64,000 nucleotides of DNA from Selaginella moellendorffii (GCF_000143415.4 NW_003314324.1:1005379-1069378); one strand, 5' to 3'; shown: positions 38,801-52,800, counted from the first letter of the stretch. A program made the numbers and translations. Notes: generated by a model from the letters alone, not told the origin.

Positions 38801-41726
38801 CTGTATTTGACCTCCCGCAGTCATTATTTTTGGTCTCACATTCATGAGCACCAACCTCAACTATATAAGGATAATCTTGTGACTCCTTTATTGTTTTGGA
38901 GTCTTTATCTTTCCCGTGATCCCAACTATAGTTGTTTACCACAACTACATTATCCAGTTTGCTAAGTCAAGTGCTCATTTGGATCACATCCTCAACTCTC
39001 TGAGGAAACCTTTATATTATTCCCAAGATCCCAAAATCATTCCATTATTGGCCCTTTTCTATCCACCATCTCGCCTACAAGTTCACACATGAATTGTAGT
39101 GGAGAGCCATGTCTTCCCGACCTGCTACTCCTCAAGGATAGACCCACTCCTAGGACCTTTTGATGCCAACACCAGTGGTGATATACTTGAGCACCAATAA
39201 AAGTTGGACTAAGGAATAGCTTCGATACCAAATTGTAAGCAATTAAATTTTCCATTCTACTTTAATCATTTAACCACACCTCCGACCACTTGGAGGAGTC
39301 TCACTAACAATCTCCGTAAGTCCTATTTTAGACTTAGGGACTTGCTAGCCCCAAGAATGGCATCCATGCCACTCAACTATTGCACTTGGTCCAAGTGCTC
39401 CACGTCTAATCCCATGACCGACACCCCAAGGTACCACCGACATATCAACCCGTTATGCTAAGGCCTTGCCCATTCATCTTGGTCACACCGATGGTCTGAT
39501 ACCACTTACATCACAGTCCCGTCTCTCAAAGACTGGGTCATCCATTCATGAGTGATCATCCCAGATCCACTCTTTAGCATCTTTAGGATGCCCGTAGACA
39601 TGGGGAATAGCCTTCCCTAATATCCCTTTTCCGGTCCCTACTAAGTCCCTTTCTACCCATGGCCGTGTTTGCCAACACTGCCATTGGATCGAGGCTCGAC
39701 CACTAAGTTCTACGGTCCTCTAGAACTTCCTCACCACATGACTATATCCTTGGTCACTACACCAAAGGACTACTCCTTTTCCTTTCCACAGTCTGGGCTT
39801 TTGGGACAACATTTCGGAACACCATGGCCCTACGCGAGCCTCATGGGTACTCTCCCCACCTTCCACCTTTGGGTGCTCTAGCCATGGGCTTAGAGCGAGG
39901 TTACATTGAGCCACACCAGATATCCAAGTAAGTAGTGCCACCCACACTTGGACTGGGAGCATCGACCATTCGATCTCCCAGGGGAACTAGAGCCAGCTCT
40001 TGAACACTTTACCAAGTTACCCCACTTGTCGGTCCGTATTCACTCTAGTCTTGGACTTCCCAGTGGTCAGCTCATCACCCAACACCTAGGTATAGCCTTC
40101 CTGGGCCAAACTAGCCTTTTCTGGCCAAACTGGCTTCACTGGGCTCCAACCCTCACACTCTCTTGTAAGCCACAAATTTTTCCTTTCCAATTTGCTAGTT
40201 TACCTCATCTATCCGACCAACTCTACCTTGGCTTGTGCTAAGTTCCCTCGCCAAAGTTCTTGCCTATGGTACTAGCTCCTACTTGGTCCTACTTGGTTTC
40301 AGTTACTCACTGCACGAGCAACGGAGTGTTAGCCATCCATCTACGGATTCCCAAATCTCTCCCAATCCCCCTCCCCGGATTAGACTGGACTTAAGGTTCG
40401 GCTACACTCCCCACAGGCACAAGCAGCCAAGCACACCAAGCCTCCAAATTCCTAACACCCCTTGGTACCACAAGACTTGATCATGGGACCCTCTAAATCC
40501 CAAGCCTTGGGCGCAGCACTTTCTTCGGGACGTCGGGGCGAAACACCGTGGCCTAACGGCCCGGTATGGGTACCTCTACCCCCCCACTTCCATCCCGAAG
40601 GGAAGGCCCAAGCCCCTAGGAAGGGCGAGGACCAATGAGCCACAAGGTACTCAAATGGGGCACCACTCCACATGAGCCAGGAGCACCGCAGTCGGTTTCC
40701 CTTTTGGGAGTGGGAGCTGCTCTTGAGCACTTCCCTGGGTGGCCCCTCCGGCTCCACCCAAGCCCATGCTCACTCCCACCCAAGGCCCCTCGGCCCCAGT
40801 CTCAACCTCAAGTCAGTTTGGAAGCACCACTGGAGAGTTCTTTCAGGACTGGTTCCTGGACCTCACTATCCCTACTATACTTTTGGAACCCCCTGCAGCC
40901 CCCCCTTGGGAGACACACACTTTGGGCTTTCACCCCTTGAGCTGTATTAGTATGTGGACTTAGTCTCAAAATCGATCTCGGACTTGATCTCGGACCCGAC
41001 TTCGGACTCGGTCTCGGACTCTATCTCGGACTCAATCTCGGACCCGATCTCGGACTCGACTTCGGACTCGACCTCAGACTCGGTCTCGGACCCGATTTGG
41101 ATCTCGGACTCCGTCTCGAACTCGGTCTCGAACTCGATCTCGATCTTGGTCTCCGATTCGGCCTCGGCTCGATCCCGGACTCTATCTCGAACTCGGTCTC
41201 AGAGTCGGTCTTGGACTTGATCTTCGACTCGGTCCCATCCGATGAACTCTTTGTCATTTCGGTCAAGCTTTCGGGGATCCTTTAGCCTACAACATCTCGG
41301 GGAGTTGGTTCCTTACAACTCCACCACCCATAGAAGAAGTTCGATGCCCACATCGAACGTCTCTTTTTATCCTACAACTTGTTGACCATGTCTCCGGGGG
41401 CATCCCCCCACTTAGCGGTGTGCCTAAGTTAGCCTCCCTGGCCAAGAGCCCATGACAACGGAATATAGGTGTCCCTATACCCCTCACCTCACCACGCCCT
41501 AGTATGGGGTCGGGACTGGAACCCAGCCTTGCTTTACTAGGGGGTTGGGACTCGAACCCAACCTCCGTAGAATACATCTACGGATTTGACATCCCCGCGG
41601 GGAGTCGGGCGTAGTGCCCTACGCCTGGTCGACCTATCCAACCCATGCTAATTAGCTTATCTTCGGCGCGGCTTCGGATCCCAACATATGCCACTTGCTC
41701 AACTTTGCAAATTGATATTTTTAATT

Positions 41727-44700
41727 GAACTTTGCATAAGTACATAGAGTTCTGCTTTGCAGAAATTCCTCCACTAAATCTCGCACGTTTGCTAGGTTCT
41801 CCTCCGGTTCCCATGTTTCTTCGCAGTGTGGAAATCCTTTCCACTTCACATGGAACTCTCTCACCTCGTGTCCTTGTCGCTTGCTCTTGCGCGCATTGAG
41901 GATAGCCTCGACTTTGTATTCACGTGGAACACTGGGTGCATCTTCCCCATCTCTCGAGGAAGTCGGAGACGGTAAGCCACTTTACCGATTCGTGCCTCAA
42001 TCTCGTAAGGCCCCGCGAACCTGCTTAAGGAACTCAAGATCAATTCATTTACAGAAATACATGCATCTTTACCTTTGGGTCAACTTTTGGCTGATCCCAC
42101 TTGGTAGTCTGAGGTTCTTGGTGTTCAGCCACACCTTCTCCCCAGCTTGGAACTCTACATCCCGACGCTTCCAGTTCGCGTATTTGGTTTGCCTTTGTTG
42201 AGCCCGTTCCAAGGAATCCCTCACTAGATTCCAAATGCTGAGTCTTTCCGCCGTGAATGCCTCCATTGCGAGCAACTCTCCATGATACTCGGCCACACCG
42301 AGTTCCACAGGGCCTTCAATAGCTCGCCCATTGATGACTTCCCATGGACTCACCCCGATACACGAATGTGGTGAGTTGTTATAACACATTTCCGCAAGTC
42401 ACAAATGACTTACCCAATCGGTCTGGTCTCCCGAGACATAGCATCGCAAATAATCCTCCAGCTGCCTATTCACCCTTTCCGTTTGTCCGTCTGTCAAGAA
42501 GTGTTAGTGCTAACAACTTGACTTAATACCCCATACCTGTCTGTGGGTGATAGACTGTGCTGAATTTCAATTTGGTGCGATACTGTTCTAGGAGAGTCCT
42601 CCAGAACCTACTGGTGAAGATCTTATCTCGATCTAAGATGATCTCTTCCGGTCTTCCTCGCACTCGAACCACTTGTTCGAAGAACAGCTTCGCCACACCT
42701 TCCACATCCACCTTCATTGTGGTGGGTATGAAATGTGCCATTTTCAAGAATCGGTCCACCACCACGAATATCGCATCAAACCCCTCGCTTGGGGGAAGTC
42801 CCGTGATGAAGTCCATCGTAAGACACTTCCATGGACGATTTGGAATTGGGATGCTTTGCAACAAGCCCCCACTAGCCTTAGTCACGGCTTTGACCTGCTG
42901 ATATGTTGGACATATCTTTACATAGTCTTGGACGTCCTTAGCCATATCTGGCCAATGGTACTTCCTCTTGAGTAAGCCCATCATCTTGGGCACTCCGCCG
43001 TGTCCCGCAAGAGGTCCGTCATAACACTCTTCTAAGGCTACCTTCCTTAGTTCCCATTCTGGAACATACACCCTTATTTGCTTGTAATAAATGAGTCTGT
43101 TGCGTTTCGCATAGCCTATTTTCTCTTCCGTTGGCAGCTCACCTCTCTGGTGAGCTTCCCGTGCCTCTAGATTCCTCAGCAACACTTCTTGTGCTAGACC
43201 ATCGTTCTCATATGCTGTCCGCACATCGTCCCAGAAGGTTGCTGTTGCGCTGGATATCGCCAACCTCAAGCTCGCTTTTCGACTTAGTGCATCCGCCACG
43301 ATGTTGCTCTTCCCAGGCTTGTATAGAATCTCGCAATCAAACTCGGCCAAGGCATTGGCCCACCGACCTTGTTTCCCTCTTAGGTCGGGCTGTGACAAGA
43401 AATGTTTTGTTGCCACATTATCCGTATAAACCTTGAAGTGTCTCCCAAGGTAGTGTCGCCACTCCTTGAGCGCCTTGATCACCGCAAACAATTCTTTCTC
43501 GTGGGCAAGCCACTTCCTTTGAGCCTTGTCCAACTTCTTCGAGAAGAACGCTACTGGATGGTTGTCTTGCTTCAAAACTGCGCCCAACGCAAAGTCCAAA
43601 GCATCTGTTTCTACTTCAAAGTCCTTACCAAAGTCTGGTAATGTCAATACAGGAGCCTTCCTCAACTTCCCTTTGAGGTGGACAAATGCCGCCTCGCATT
43701 CTTCTGTCCATACCATCTTCCCTTTTCCTGTTTGGTCTGTTAAGGGCAGGGCTACTCTCGAATAGTGTCTGATAAACTTTCAATAGTAGTTGCATAGCCC
43801 CAAGAACGCCCTCAACTCATGTACATTTGATGGTCGCTCCCATTCCTGGATCGCTTGGACCTTCTCCGGGTCCACCTTGAGCCCGTCCTGGCCCACTACA
43901 TGCCCGAGAAACTTTACCTTTTGTTGAGCAAAGTCACATTTGCTCTCTTTAGTATACAGTTTGTGTTCCCTTAGTTTCTCAAACACCTTCGCTAAGTGTT
44001 CGGCATGCTCCTCTAGCGTCTCGCTATAAATCAGGATGTCGTCAATATAGACGACCACGAAGTGATCCAGATAGGGTACAAAGATATGGTTCATCAGCGC
44101 CGAAAATGTTGCCGGTGCATTGCATAACCCGAAGGGCATCACCAGAAACTCAAAGCTCCCATACCTCGTTCGACAGGTTGTCTTCTCGACATCCTCCTCG
44201 GCTACCCTGATCTGGTAGTATCCTGACCTTAGGTCAATCCTCGAGAAGTATTTTGCCTTTCCCAACCTATCGAACAGGTCCTCAATCCTGGGCAAAGGGT
44301 ACTTGTTCTTCTTTGTATACTTGTTGAGCAACTGGTAGTCTATGCACATGCGCATAGATCCATCTTTCTTTTTCACAAATAACACCGGCGCCCCATACAG
44401 CAATTTGCTCAACCTAATATACCCTTTGTCCACCAACTCCTTTAGTTGGCGCTTGAGCTCCTCGAGTTCTTTCTCATTCAAACGATAGGGGGGACGAACC
44501 ACCGCCTCAGCACCCTCGACCAGCTCAATCTTATGTTCTATCGGTTGTGCGGGGGGCAACCCCGCCAGTAACTCCTTCGGCATGGTATCCTGGAATTAGT
44601 CCAACACCCATTGGATCACTAAAGGTACTTCTTCTGTTCCTGTCTTTTTGTCACTCTTCACTGAGAGTAAGCACAAAAATGCTGCCTTAGTTCCTTTAGT

Positions 44701-46408
44701 GAGTTGTCCTCTCGTGGACACCAGGTTTAAGCAGGATTCTTTGGCCTTGCTTTGCCCTACCTTTAGATCCTGGGCCTCCACCCTAGATCTTCTTCCTTGG
44801 GCATTTGCCAGTACCACAAGGTTTCTACCTTGTCCATGCAGGGCTACCACAAACCGATTGAACCAGTCCATTCCGAAGATCACGTCAAATCCCGCCATGT
44901 CTAACACGGTGAAATCCATGTCCACTTTCCATGTCCTTACTTCGACTCTTGCTTGCGAAGTATCTCATTGGTGCTTTGGCTACCTTGAACAAACTCTATA
45001 TTCCTTGGTTTGCCTAGCTGCTGCACCGTTAGTTCGGCTTGCCGGACTATGTCTGCAGCCACAAAATTATCCGAAGCACCCGTGTCAATAAGGATCTTAA
45101 CAAAGCTACCTCCGAGCTTTCCTCGGAGGGCTAGTAGATGTCGCGAACGACTCTCTACCAAAGTTGCTCGTGTAATGAGTAACTTTGAGTTAGGGACTAG
45201 ATCACATACCTCAGTTTGGACTTCACCCGATTTGATGGCCATATTGGCTCTGGCCTTCTTCGGGTAGGGACATTCCCTCGAAAAGTGTCCCGCTTCACCG
45301 CAGTTATAGCATATGTTGTTTCCCACGCTGCTATACGACTTGACCTTCTTATCCGTGGGTTTGTCTCTTTTCGCTTGACTCCTCCACGTACTCGTTTGCT
45401 GGCCACCGGATTTGCCTTTTCGGAACCCCAAGGACTCATTCTTAGAGAAACTCTTCTTGAATTTCCCTCTACTAAACGTTCCCCTTGGTTTGGCCCCTTT
45501 GCTAAACGTGGATCCCAACCCTGTCATGTTCCCCTTTCACAGGTTATCATTGAAATGCACCTTGATGGCCGCATCCAATGCTTCCTTGTAGTTGGTCGGG
45601 TTCCACCACATCACTTCACGGCGAGCCCAGGTTTGCAAACCTAATATGAAGGCATGGAACGCATCCATATCCCCCATGTCTGTGACAAGTATCCTCTTTG
45701 CCATAAACCCATTCACATACTCTTGAATGGTTCCGGTCTGCTTCAGCCTACTCAGCTTGTCCCTTAGATGCAAAGTAGCATTCGGAGGAATGTAAGTTGC
45801 GCGGATCCTTGCCTTCATCATTTCCCAAGTGGCCACCGGTCCTTCGTTGGCCTCTGTCGTTCTCCACCAAGACTTGGCATTATCTGCCAAGTATGGCTTT
45901 GCACATGGGACCTTCTCCGAGCTCGGTAATCGCAACGCTCCGAAGTAGTCCTCCATATCGTAAAACCAATCCTCCACCACCTTATAGTCGTTCACTCCCT
46001 TGAAGACCGGTGGGGGCTTTGGTTTGTACTTGGGAACTGCTTGAGGGACTGATTCCACTTTGGTCTGTTCGACCTTGTCTGGTTTACCTTAGTCCCTGCC
46101 GAAGGGTCTGCACCTTCTGCGCTGCCAGCATCCGCAGTCTTTCGCTTTTTCTTCCGCTTCTCATCACGCTTTAGCTTGCATACGAGAGTCTCTAGCAAAG
46201 CATTGGTCTATGCCAATTGTCCTTCTAGAACGTTCAATCGAGCCTTGGATGACCAAACCTCGCCACCGGACTCCTGTTTGGAAGTTTCCTCACTAGAGTC
46301 CTCCTCATGCAAGGATTCCTCATCCATAGCCTCTTGTTCGATCGGAGGCTCCAGCTCTGGCGGAGGTTCTGTCTCCGCCTGGGTTCGCTTACGCCCTGCC
46401 TTTGCCAT
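41727..46408 (-). pseudogene. gag-pol polyprotein of family A (Gag, zinc knuckle, PR, RT, RH, INT, chromodomain), disrupted
   Basis: [44 protein letters not shown] and TMDFITGLP..DRD, GPY, and chromodomain EYKVEAIL..VKWKGFPHCEETWEPEENL. Premature stops and frameshifts. Confidence 0.93.
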
Positions 46409-46885
46409 CTCCCAACAATCCGCCTCTATCCTTCGCTAGAACTAAGGAAAAGGCTCCGATACCAAATTGTAAGCCACAAATTTTTCCTTTCCAATTTGCC
46501 AGCTTACCTTGTCTATCCGACCAACTCTGCCTTGGCTTGTGCTAAGTTCCCTCGCTAAGGTTCTCACCTATGGTACCAGCTTCTACTTGGTCCTACTTGG
46601 TTTCAGCTACTCACTGCACGAGCAACGGAGTGTTAGCCATCCATCTACGGATTCCCAAATCTCTCCCAATCCCCCTCCCCAGGTTAGACTGGACTTAAGG
46701 TTCGGCTACATTCCCCGCAGGCACAAGCAGCCAAGCACACCAAGCCTCCAGATTCCTAACACCCCTTGGTACCACAAGACTTGATCATGGGACCCTCTAA
46801 ATCCCAAGCCTTGGGTGTAGCACTTGCTTAGGAGACACATGCTTTGGGCTTTCACCCCTTGAGCTGTATTAGTATGTGGACTTAG

Positions 46886-49800
46886 TGTGAGACACAAAAT
46901 CCCTAGGCCCCAAAGTGGAGCCGGAAAGGGTGCCACGTGGTAGTGGCTGAAGCGAGAGCCAAACGAGCGTAACACGTTTGGACCAAAAGCTCCGACTTGA
47001 AAAGTCAAGAGCGGGAGTGGAACTCCCAAAGAAGTGCTCGAGGAACGAGCACGAAGCGAGCAAAAGGCGAGGCTCCAAAAAGGGACCCAAAAGGACCAAC
47101 ACATGACACGTGGGAGTGTCCGAGATGGACTCGAGTTGGAGTCCGAAGTGGAGTCCGAGATGGACCCGAGTTGGAGTCCGAAGTGGAGTCCGAGATGGAC
47201 CCGAGTTAAAGTCCGAAGTGGAGTCCGAGATGGACCTGAGATGGAGTCCGAGATGGACCCAAGATGGAGTCCGAGATGGAGTCCGAGATGGACCCGAGAT
47301 GGACCCGAGATGGAGTCCGAGATGGAGTCTGAGATGGAGTCCGAAGTCGAGACCGAGACCGGGACCGAGACCGAGACCGAGACCGAGATCGGGACCGAGA
47401 CCGAGACCGAGGCCGAGGCCGAGACCGAGCCCGAGCCCGAGTCCGAGTCCGAATCCGAGTCCGAGTCCGAGTCCGAGTCCGAGTCCGAGTCCGAGTCTGG
47501 AGCCTGAGAGGGTGAAAGCCCAAAGCGTTCGTCTCCCAGACCCTGGGGGGTTTGGTGAGCTCCAAAAGTATAGTAGGGGGAGGACTGCAGTGGAGCCAGT
47601 TTGGCCAGGAAAGGCTAGTTTGGCCCAGGAAGGCCAGACCCAGTGTTGGGTGATGAGCTGCCCACTGGGAAGTCCAAGACTAGAGTGAACACAGACCGAC
47701 AAGCGGGGTAGCTTGGTGAAGTGTTCAAGAGCCGGCTCTAGTTCCCCCGGGAGATCGACTGGCCGATGCTCCCAGTCCAAGTGTGGGTGGCACTACCTAC
47801 TTGGATACCAGGTGTGGCTCAATGGAACCTCGCTCTAAGCCCATGGCTAGAGCACCTAAAGGCGAAAGGCGGGGAGAGTACCCAGGTGGCTCGCGTAAGG
47901 CCACGGTGTTCCGAAATGTTGTCCCAAAGGCCTAGACTGTGGAAAGGAAGAGGAGCAGTCCTCTGGGGTAGTGACCAAGGACACAGTCGTGTGGTGAGGA
48001 AGTCCCAGAGGACCATGGGTCTTAGTGGTCGGGCCTGTGGGCCTCGATCCAGTGGCAGTGTTGGCAAACACGGCCAGGGGCAAAAAGGGACTTGGTAGGA
48101 ATTGACAAAGGGACTTTGGGGAAGGCGACTCCCCAGGTCTGTGGGCATCCTAAGGATGCTAAGGAGTGGATCTAGGATGACCACTCGTGGACCGATGGCC
48201 CGGTCTTGGAGAGACGGGATGGTGATGCAAGTGGTATTGGACCACTAGTGCAGCAAAGGTGAATGGGCATGGCCTTAGCGTAACGGGCCGAGATGTCAGT
48301 GGTACCTTTGGGTGTCGGTCTTGGGACCGGACACGTGGAGCACTTGGACCAGGTGCAAGTGTTGAGTGGCATGGATGCCATTCTTGGGGCTAGCAAGTCC
48401 CAAGTCCTGAATTGGACTTAAGGAAGTTGTGAGTGAGACTCCTCCAAGTGGTCGAAGGTGTGGTTAAGTGACTAAAGTAGAATGGAAAAATTAGTCGCTT
48501 ACAATTTGGTATCGGAGCTGTTCCTTAGTCCGACTTTTATTGGTGCTCAAGTATATCACCACTAGTGTTGGCATCGGAAGGTCCTAGGAGTGGGCCTATC
48601 CTTGAGGAGTAGCAAGTCGGGAAGACATGGCTCTCCATTACAGTTCATGTGTGAACTTGTAGACGAGGTGGTGGATAGAAAAGGGCCAATAATGGAACGA
48701 CTTTGGGATCTTGGGAACAGTGCAAGGTTTTCCTCATTGAGTTGAGGATGTGATCCGGATGAGCATTTGTCTCAGCAAATTGGCTAAGGTTGTTGTGGTA
48801 AACAACTAAAGTTGGGATCACGGGAAAGATAAAGACTCCAAAGCAATAAAGGAGTCACAAAATTATCCTCATATAGTTGAGGTTGGTGCTCATGAATGTG
48901 AGACCAAAGGTAATGACCGTGGAAGGTCAAATACGGAAGAGGACTCAAGTCCTTGAAATGGTAGCCGGGGCTACCTTTAATAAATGCTAGAACAACTCAA
49001 GGAGTTGGGGGGTGTACTTAGAGATGAGTGGTATTCTCATCACATGGACAAGTAGTCCTAAGGGGCAAAAGTTGCCCCCAGAGAACAAAATCAAGTGTCG
49101 GAGTAACACTTGTGAAAATAGTCTTTTTGAGTAGGACAGGAATGCAAGAAGTGTATTCCAGTGAGCTAGTGCCTCACAAGTAGGACCTTACGGGTCTGTG
49201 GATTAACCAAGTCCAAAACTGCTGGATGACTCAAGTAGAGTCAAGGGATGGTCCTAAAAGGACTGATGGAAGCATTTGGACTGAGGTGTGTTGTACCCCA
49301 CAAAGGATGGGGGGGGGGGGATCATAGGATCCAAGGATGAGAACAGAGGGTATCTCATCGATGGCAAAATGTGCCATGCTAAAGTTATGGGAAAGGTGTT
49401 CCCAGAAGAAAACAACTTTGACATAAAGTTGTGTGTGACCTCTATGGGGCAGTGCTAACGGATGGTTGGCATGAGAAAGAGCAGTGTTGGTCTTGGCAAA
49501 GACATAGACACGAAAGGGAAATGTCATAGAGGTAGGCTCGTGGAGCCAATGGTGTGGAGACACCAAATGTGCCAAGGTGTGATACCTTGAGGCTATGTTG
49601 GTGGGTTCATGAGAACCCCTTGCCAAAGGAATCCCAATGGAAATGGGAATGGCATAGCCTAAGCTGCAGAGCATGCAGTTGGAGTGTGGTGACCCAGATA
49701 ATGATGGAGGTGTGAAAGCACCAAGCAATGAGTTGTAGGACTTGACAACTATGAGGCAACTAAGCAAGAGGTGCAAAATAACTGGTTAAACGGGTAGAAG

Positions 49801-52800
49801 GTAGCTACCCAAGACTTCTTAATAGCATAAGGAAGTTGGATATACCCTTACGGGGGATAAGTTGCTTATGTTGCGATATAGTAAGTCAATGTCATAAAAG
49901 GAAATACTCATTGTCAAGAAAGCCATCATTGGGACACCCGGACACTCTAGAACACCAGAAGGTGGTGTTTGATGTCGCGATGGGCAATGGATAAAGCCCA
50001 AGGGACTAAGTCCCTAGCGAATGATGGATAGAAGGTGCTATCCAAATGTCCAAGGTTGCGGAGACAGGAGAGGACTGTCTACCCGAGTTGGACAAAGCCA
50101 AAAATGGAATTTTGGCAAGGCTAGTGATGGGCATGTAAAGGCCCATAAGCAACAATGTAATCCCAGTGTGTGGGATTATAAGGTGAGCACACCCGGATTG
50201 AGGAACCACTCCCTAGGCTATTGGGTAGGTTCATCCCTAAGAATACTTGCTAAAGCGTGATAGAAAGTGCAAAGCTATCCTCCTGGTCTGGAGGAGAATG
50301 ACCAAAGGAAAGGTGTGAAGCCAAAAAGCAAGTAGTAAGGGGATAGAACCAAACCATAGGAATCGAAGGGCATAACCAAGGTTGGTTATGCCAGCTGGGA
50401 GTGGAGAATCAAGTGGGGGCTCGAGGGTGTTGCCGCTAGCAATCGTGATGCCATGGAGAGTCTAAAATATGGAATTGTCCATGTTAGACTATGTGGCATT
50501 TTGAAGGCTTGCAAAAAGGGAGGCCTTAGCAAGCTGAGGGACAGAGTTCCTTCAAGGTTCCCAAAGACGATTCTAGGTAGCTTAGTACCTAGAAAGGCCA
50601 AGTGTAAATGGTTCATGCAACGCGCGAAATCAGAGTGGCGCAGTAGAAGCGTGGTCTTGAAGCTTGCCATGAGGCAAGGCTATCAAGGTTAGGGAAGTAG
50701 TTCCCGAGTGTTCAAAGAGAGGGCTTTGAACAAAAGTCGATGGTCAAGGACTTTCACGCCTATGCAGGAACCATGTTACAGTGGTCGGAGGACTTGCCAA
50801 GCGAGATTGGCACGTCGGGGGAACAAATACCCTAGTTGAAGGTGATAACTTCAAAAAGGGTGGGCCATGGGGCCGAGCATGGAGGAGTCCATGCATGATC
50901 ACAGACATGTCAAGTGAGAGGACTTGGCAGTGTGGAGGAACTAGGTTCCTAAGCTGTGATCTGTAGCGCGCTTTAAAAATAGGTTGGTGCACCGGCGTGG
51001 GGAGTCACGCCAGGCATCTAGTGTGATGCCGTCCGTAGATGCATATACGGAGGTTGGGTTCGAGTCCCGACCCTCTAGTGCTTGGGTTCGAGTCCCAAAT
51101 CACTAGGGCGTGGTGATGGTTTGGAATATAAGGACACTCATATTTCGGTGGTCATGGACTCTCAGTGGGGAGACTGGTTTGGGCACACCGCCAAGCGAGG
51201 GATGCCTCGGAGTCGTGATGCACGGTTAGATTGCTTAGTGTGAAAGCTCAGCATATCTAACTTGAACACTTTGGTGCAAGTGGCACCAAGGTCGTGGTGA
51301 GTGAGATGGGGACACCTAATCTCAGTTGCTATGAACCCTTGGCCGTAAGGGCTAGCTTGGGTGCACCGCCAAGTGTGGGGGATGCCCCCGGGGTTATAGT
51401 CAACAACTTAGAGGTCTAGAAAACCGAGTACCTCTTGGCAACTCTGTTAAGGTGCCAAGGTGAGATCACTAGGTGATCTTATGGCCAGATAAGGACAAGG
51501 TCCTTGGTTGGCTAAGGAATGAAGTTCCTAGTTCAAAATGTTGAAATTGAACTGTTTAAGGTGGTGTGGCTTGGTCATGATGACCAAGTGGGAAGAGCAC
51601 CTAAGGGAAATAAACTATGTCTGTGCGATGGCATAATGAGTCCGAGGAAAGTAGTCTCTAAAGAGACCCATGAGAGGGTCACAAAGTTGGGCCGAGGATA
51701 GAGCCCACAGCAGAAGATGCTAAAAGAGACTTACTAGGGGTGAACACCCTAGTCTTGGCAAAGCAGAGCCTTTGCTATGGAATCAAAAGAATACCTCAAG
51801 GAGGGAGGTAGAGATTCGATGTTGCTTGGTGCAACAATCAACGGATAGGAGCAAAAGATGAGTGGCCAAGATAGGGCCGTGGAATCCCTGGGAAGGAATC
51901 CAAGTGACAAAGTTAGGCAAGGAACACTAATGTGTTGGACGCTAACAAATTGCGGGAAAGGAAGTGTGTTTCCAAGGATGGATTCCGAATTGCTCCGATT
52001 TGGCGAAAGTGGAAGCTCCAAGGGAGGGAGCGGTAAGGTAGCCAAATGATAGGGCGATGGACAACCCTAGCACAAAGTGTGATAAATGGAACTTAGTGCC
52101 CAAGGTGGCACGAAATAGAAGAGAGGATGATGGTGTCCTCAAGTAATGAACTTCCTAGGATAGGGAAGTGGAGTTGCACAATCTGTGCAATGCAAGGTGT
52201 TGGAGACACCTAGGAAATTGACTTCCAAAAGTCAAAAGAGTAAAAGTTCCAAGGTGCAAACATTCAATAGATGGAAATTGAGACTACTCAAGAAGGAGTA
52301 GTGGGATTGACTTAGAGAAGGGTCTCTAAGAGGTTTAGCGAGAACTAAACCAATAAAAGGAGAGAACCACTACATGTGGTCCAATCAGTCTCTAAGTTGG
52401 AGAGACTACCCTCCTTAGAGGATAGGCAAGGCATGGTGAGCCTTTGGTGTCAAACCATTGAGGCATATGCAAAAGGCATGGTGAGCCTTCAATGTCAAAC
52501 CATTGACAAATATTGGCTAGGTGCCAAGGATGGAAATGGTAACACATGCGAGTGTTACTTTACAAAATGGTTTACCGTTCGATGAGGACATCAAACTTCG
52601 TCTATGGGTGGTGGAGTTGTGAGACACAAAATCCCTAGGCCCCAAAGTGGAGCCGGAAAGGGTGCCACGTGGTAGTGGCTGAAGCGAGAGCCAAACGAGC
52701 GTAACACGTTTGGACCAAAAGCTCCGACTTGAAAAGTCAAGAGCGGGAGTGGAACTCCCAAAGAAGTGCTCGAGGAACGAGCACGAAGCGAGCAAAAGGC

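Noticed and set aside
40520-40580. Hammerhead ribozyme (retrozyme) suggested by GCGAAAC and short hairpins
   Set aside because: No suitably placed CTGANGA core was found on either strand.
46869-47780. Long ORFs (up to 331 aa) in B and A LTRs, also at 52517-53512, 34873-35389 and 54597-54989
   Set aside because: They arise from stop-free hexamer repeats, are open in several frames on both strands, and encode only dipeptide repeats.
51050-51100. tRNA gene
   Set aside because: T-arm-like hairpins only, with no canonical D arm/A box, anticodon arm or acceptor stem. Reported as a structured element instead.
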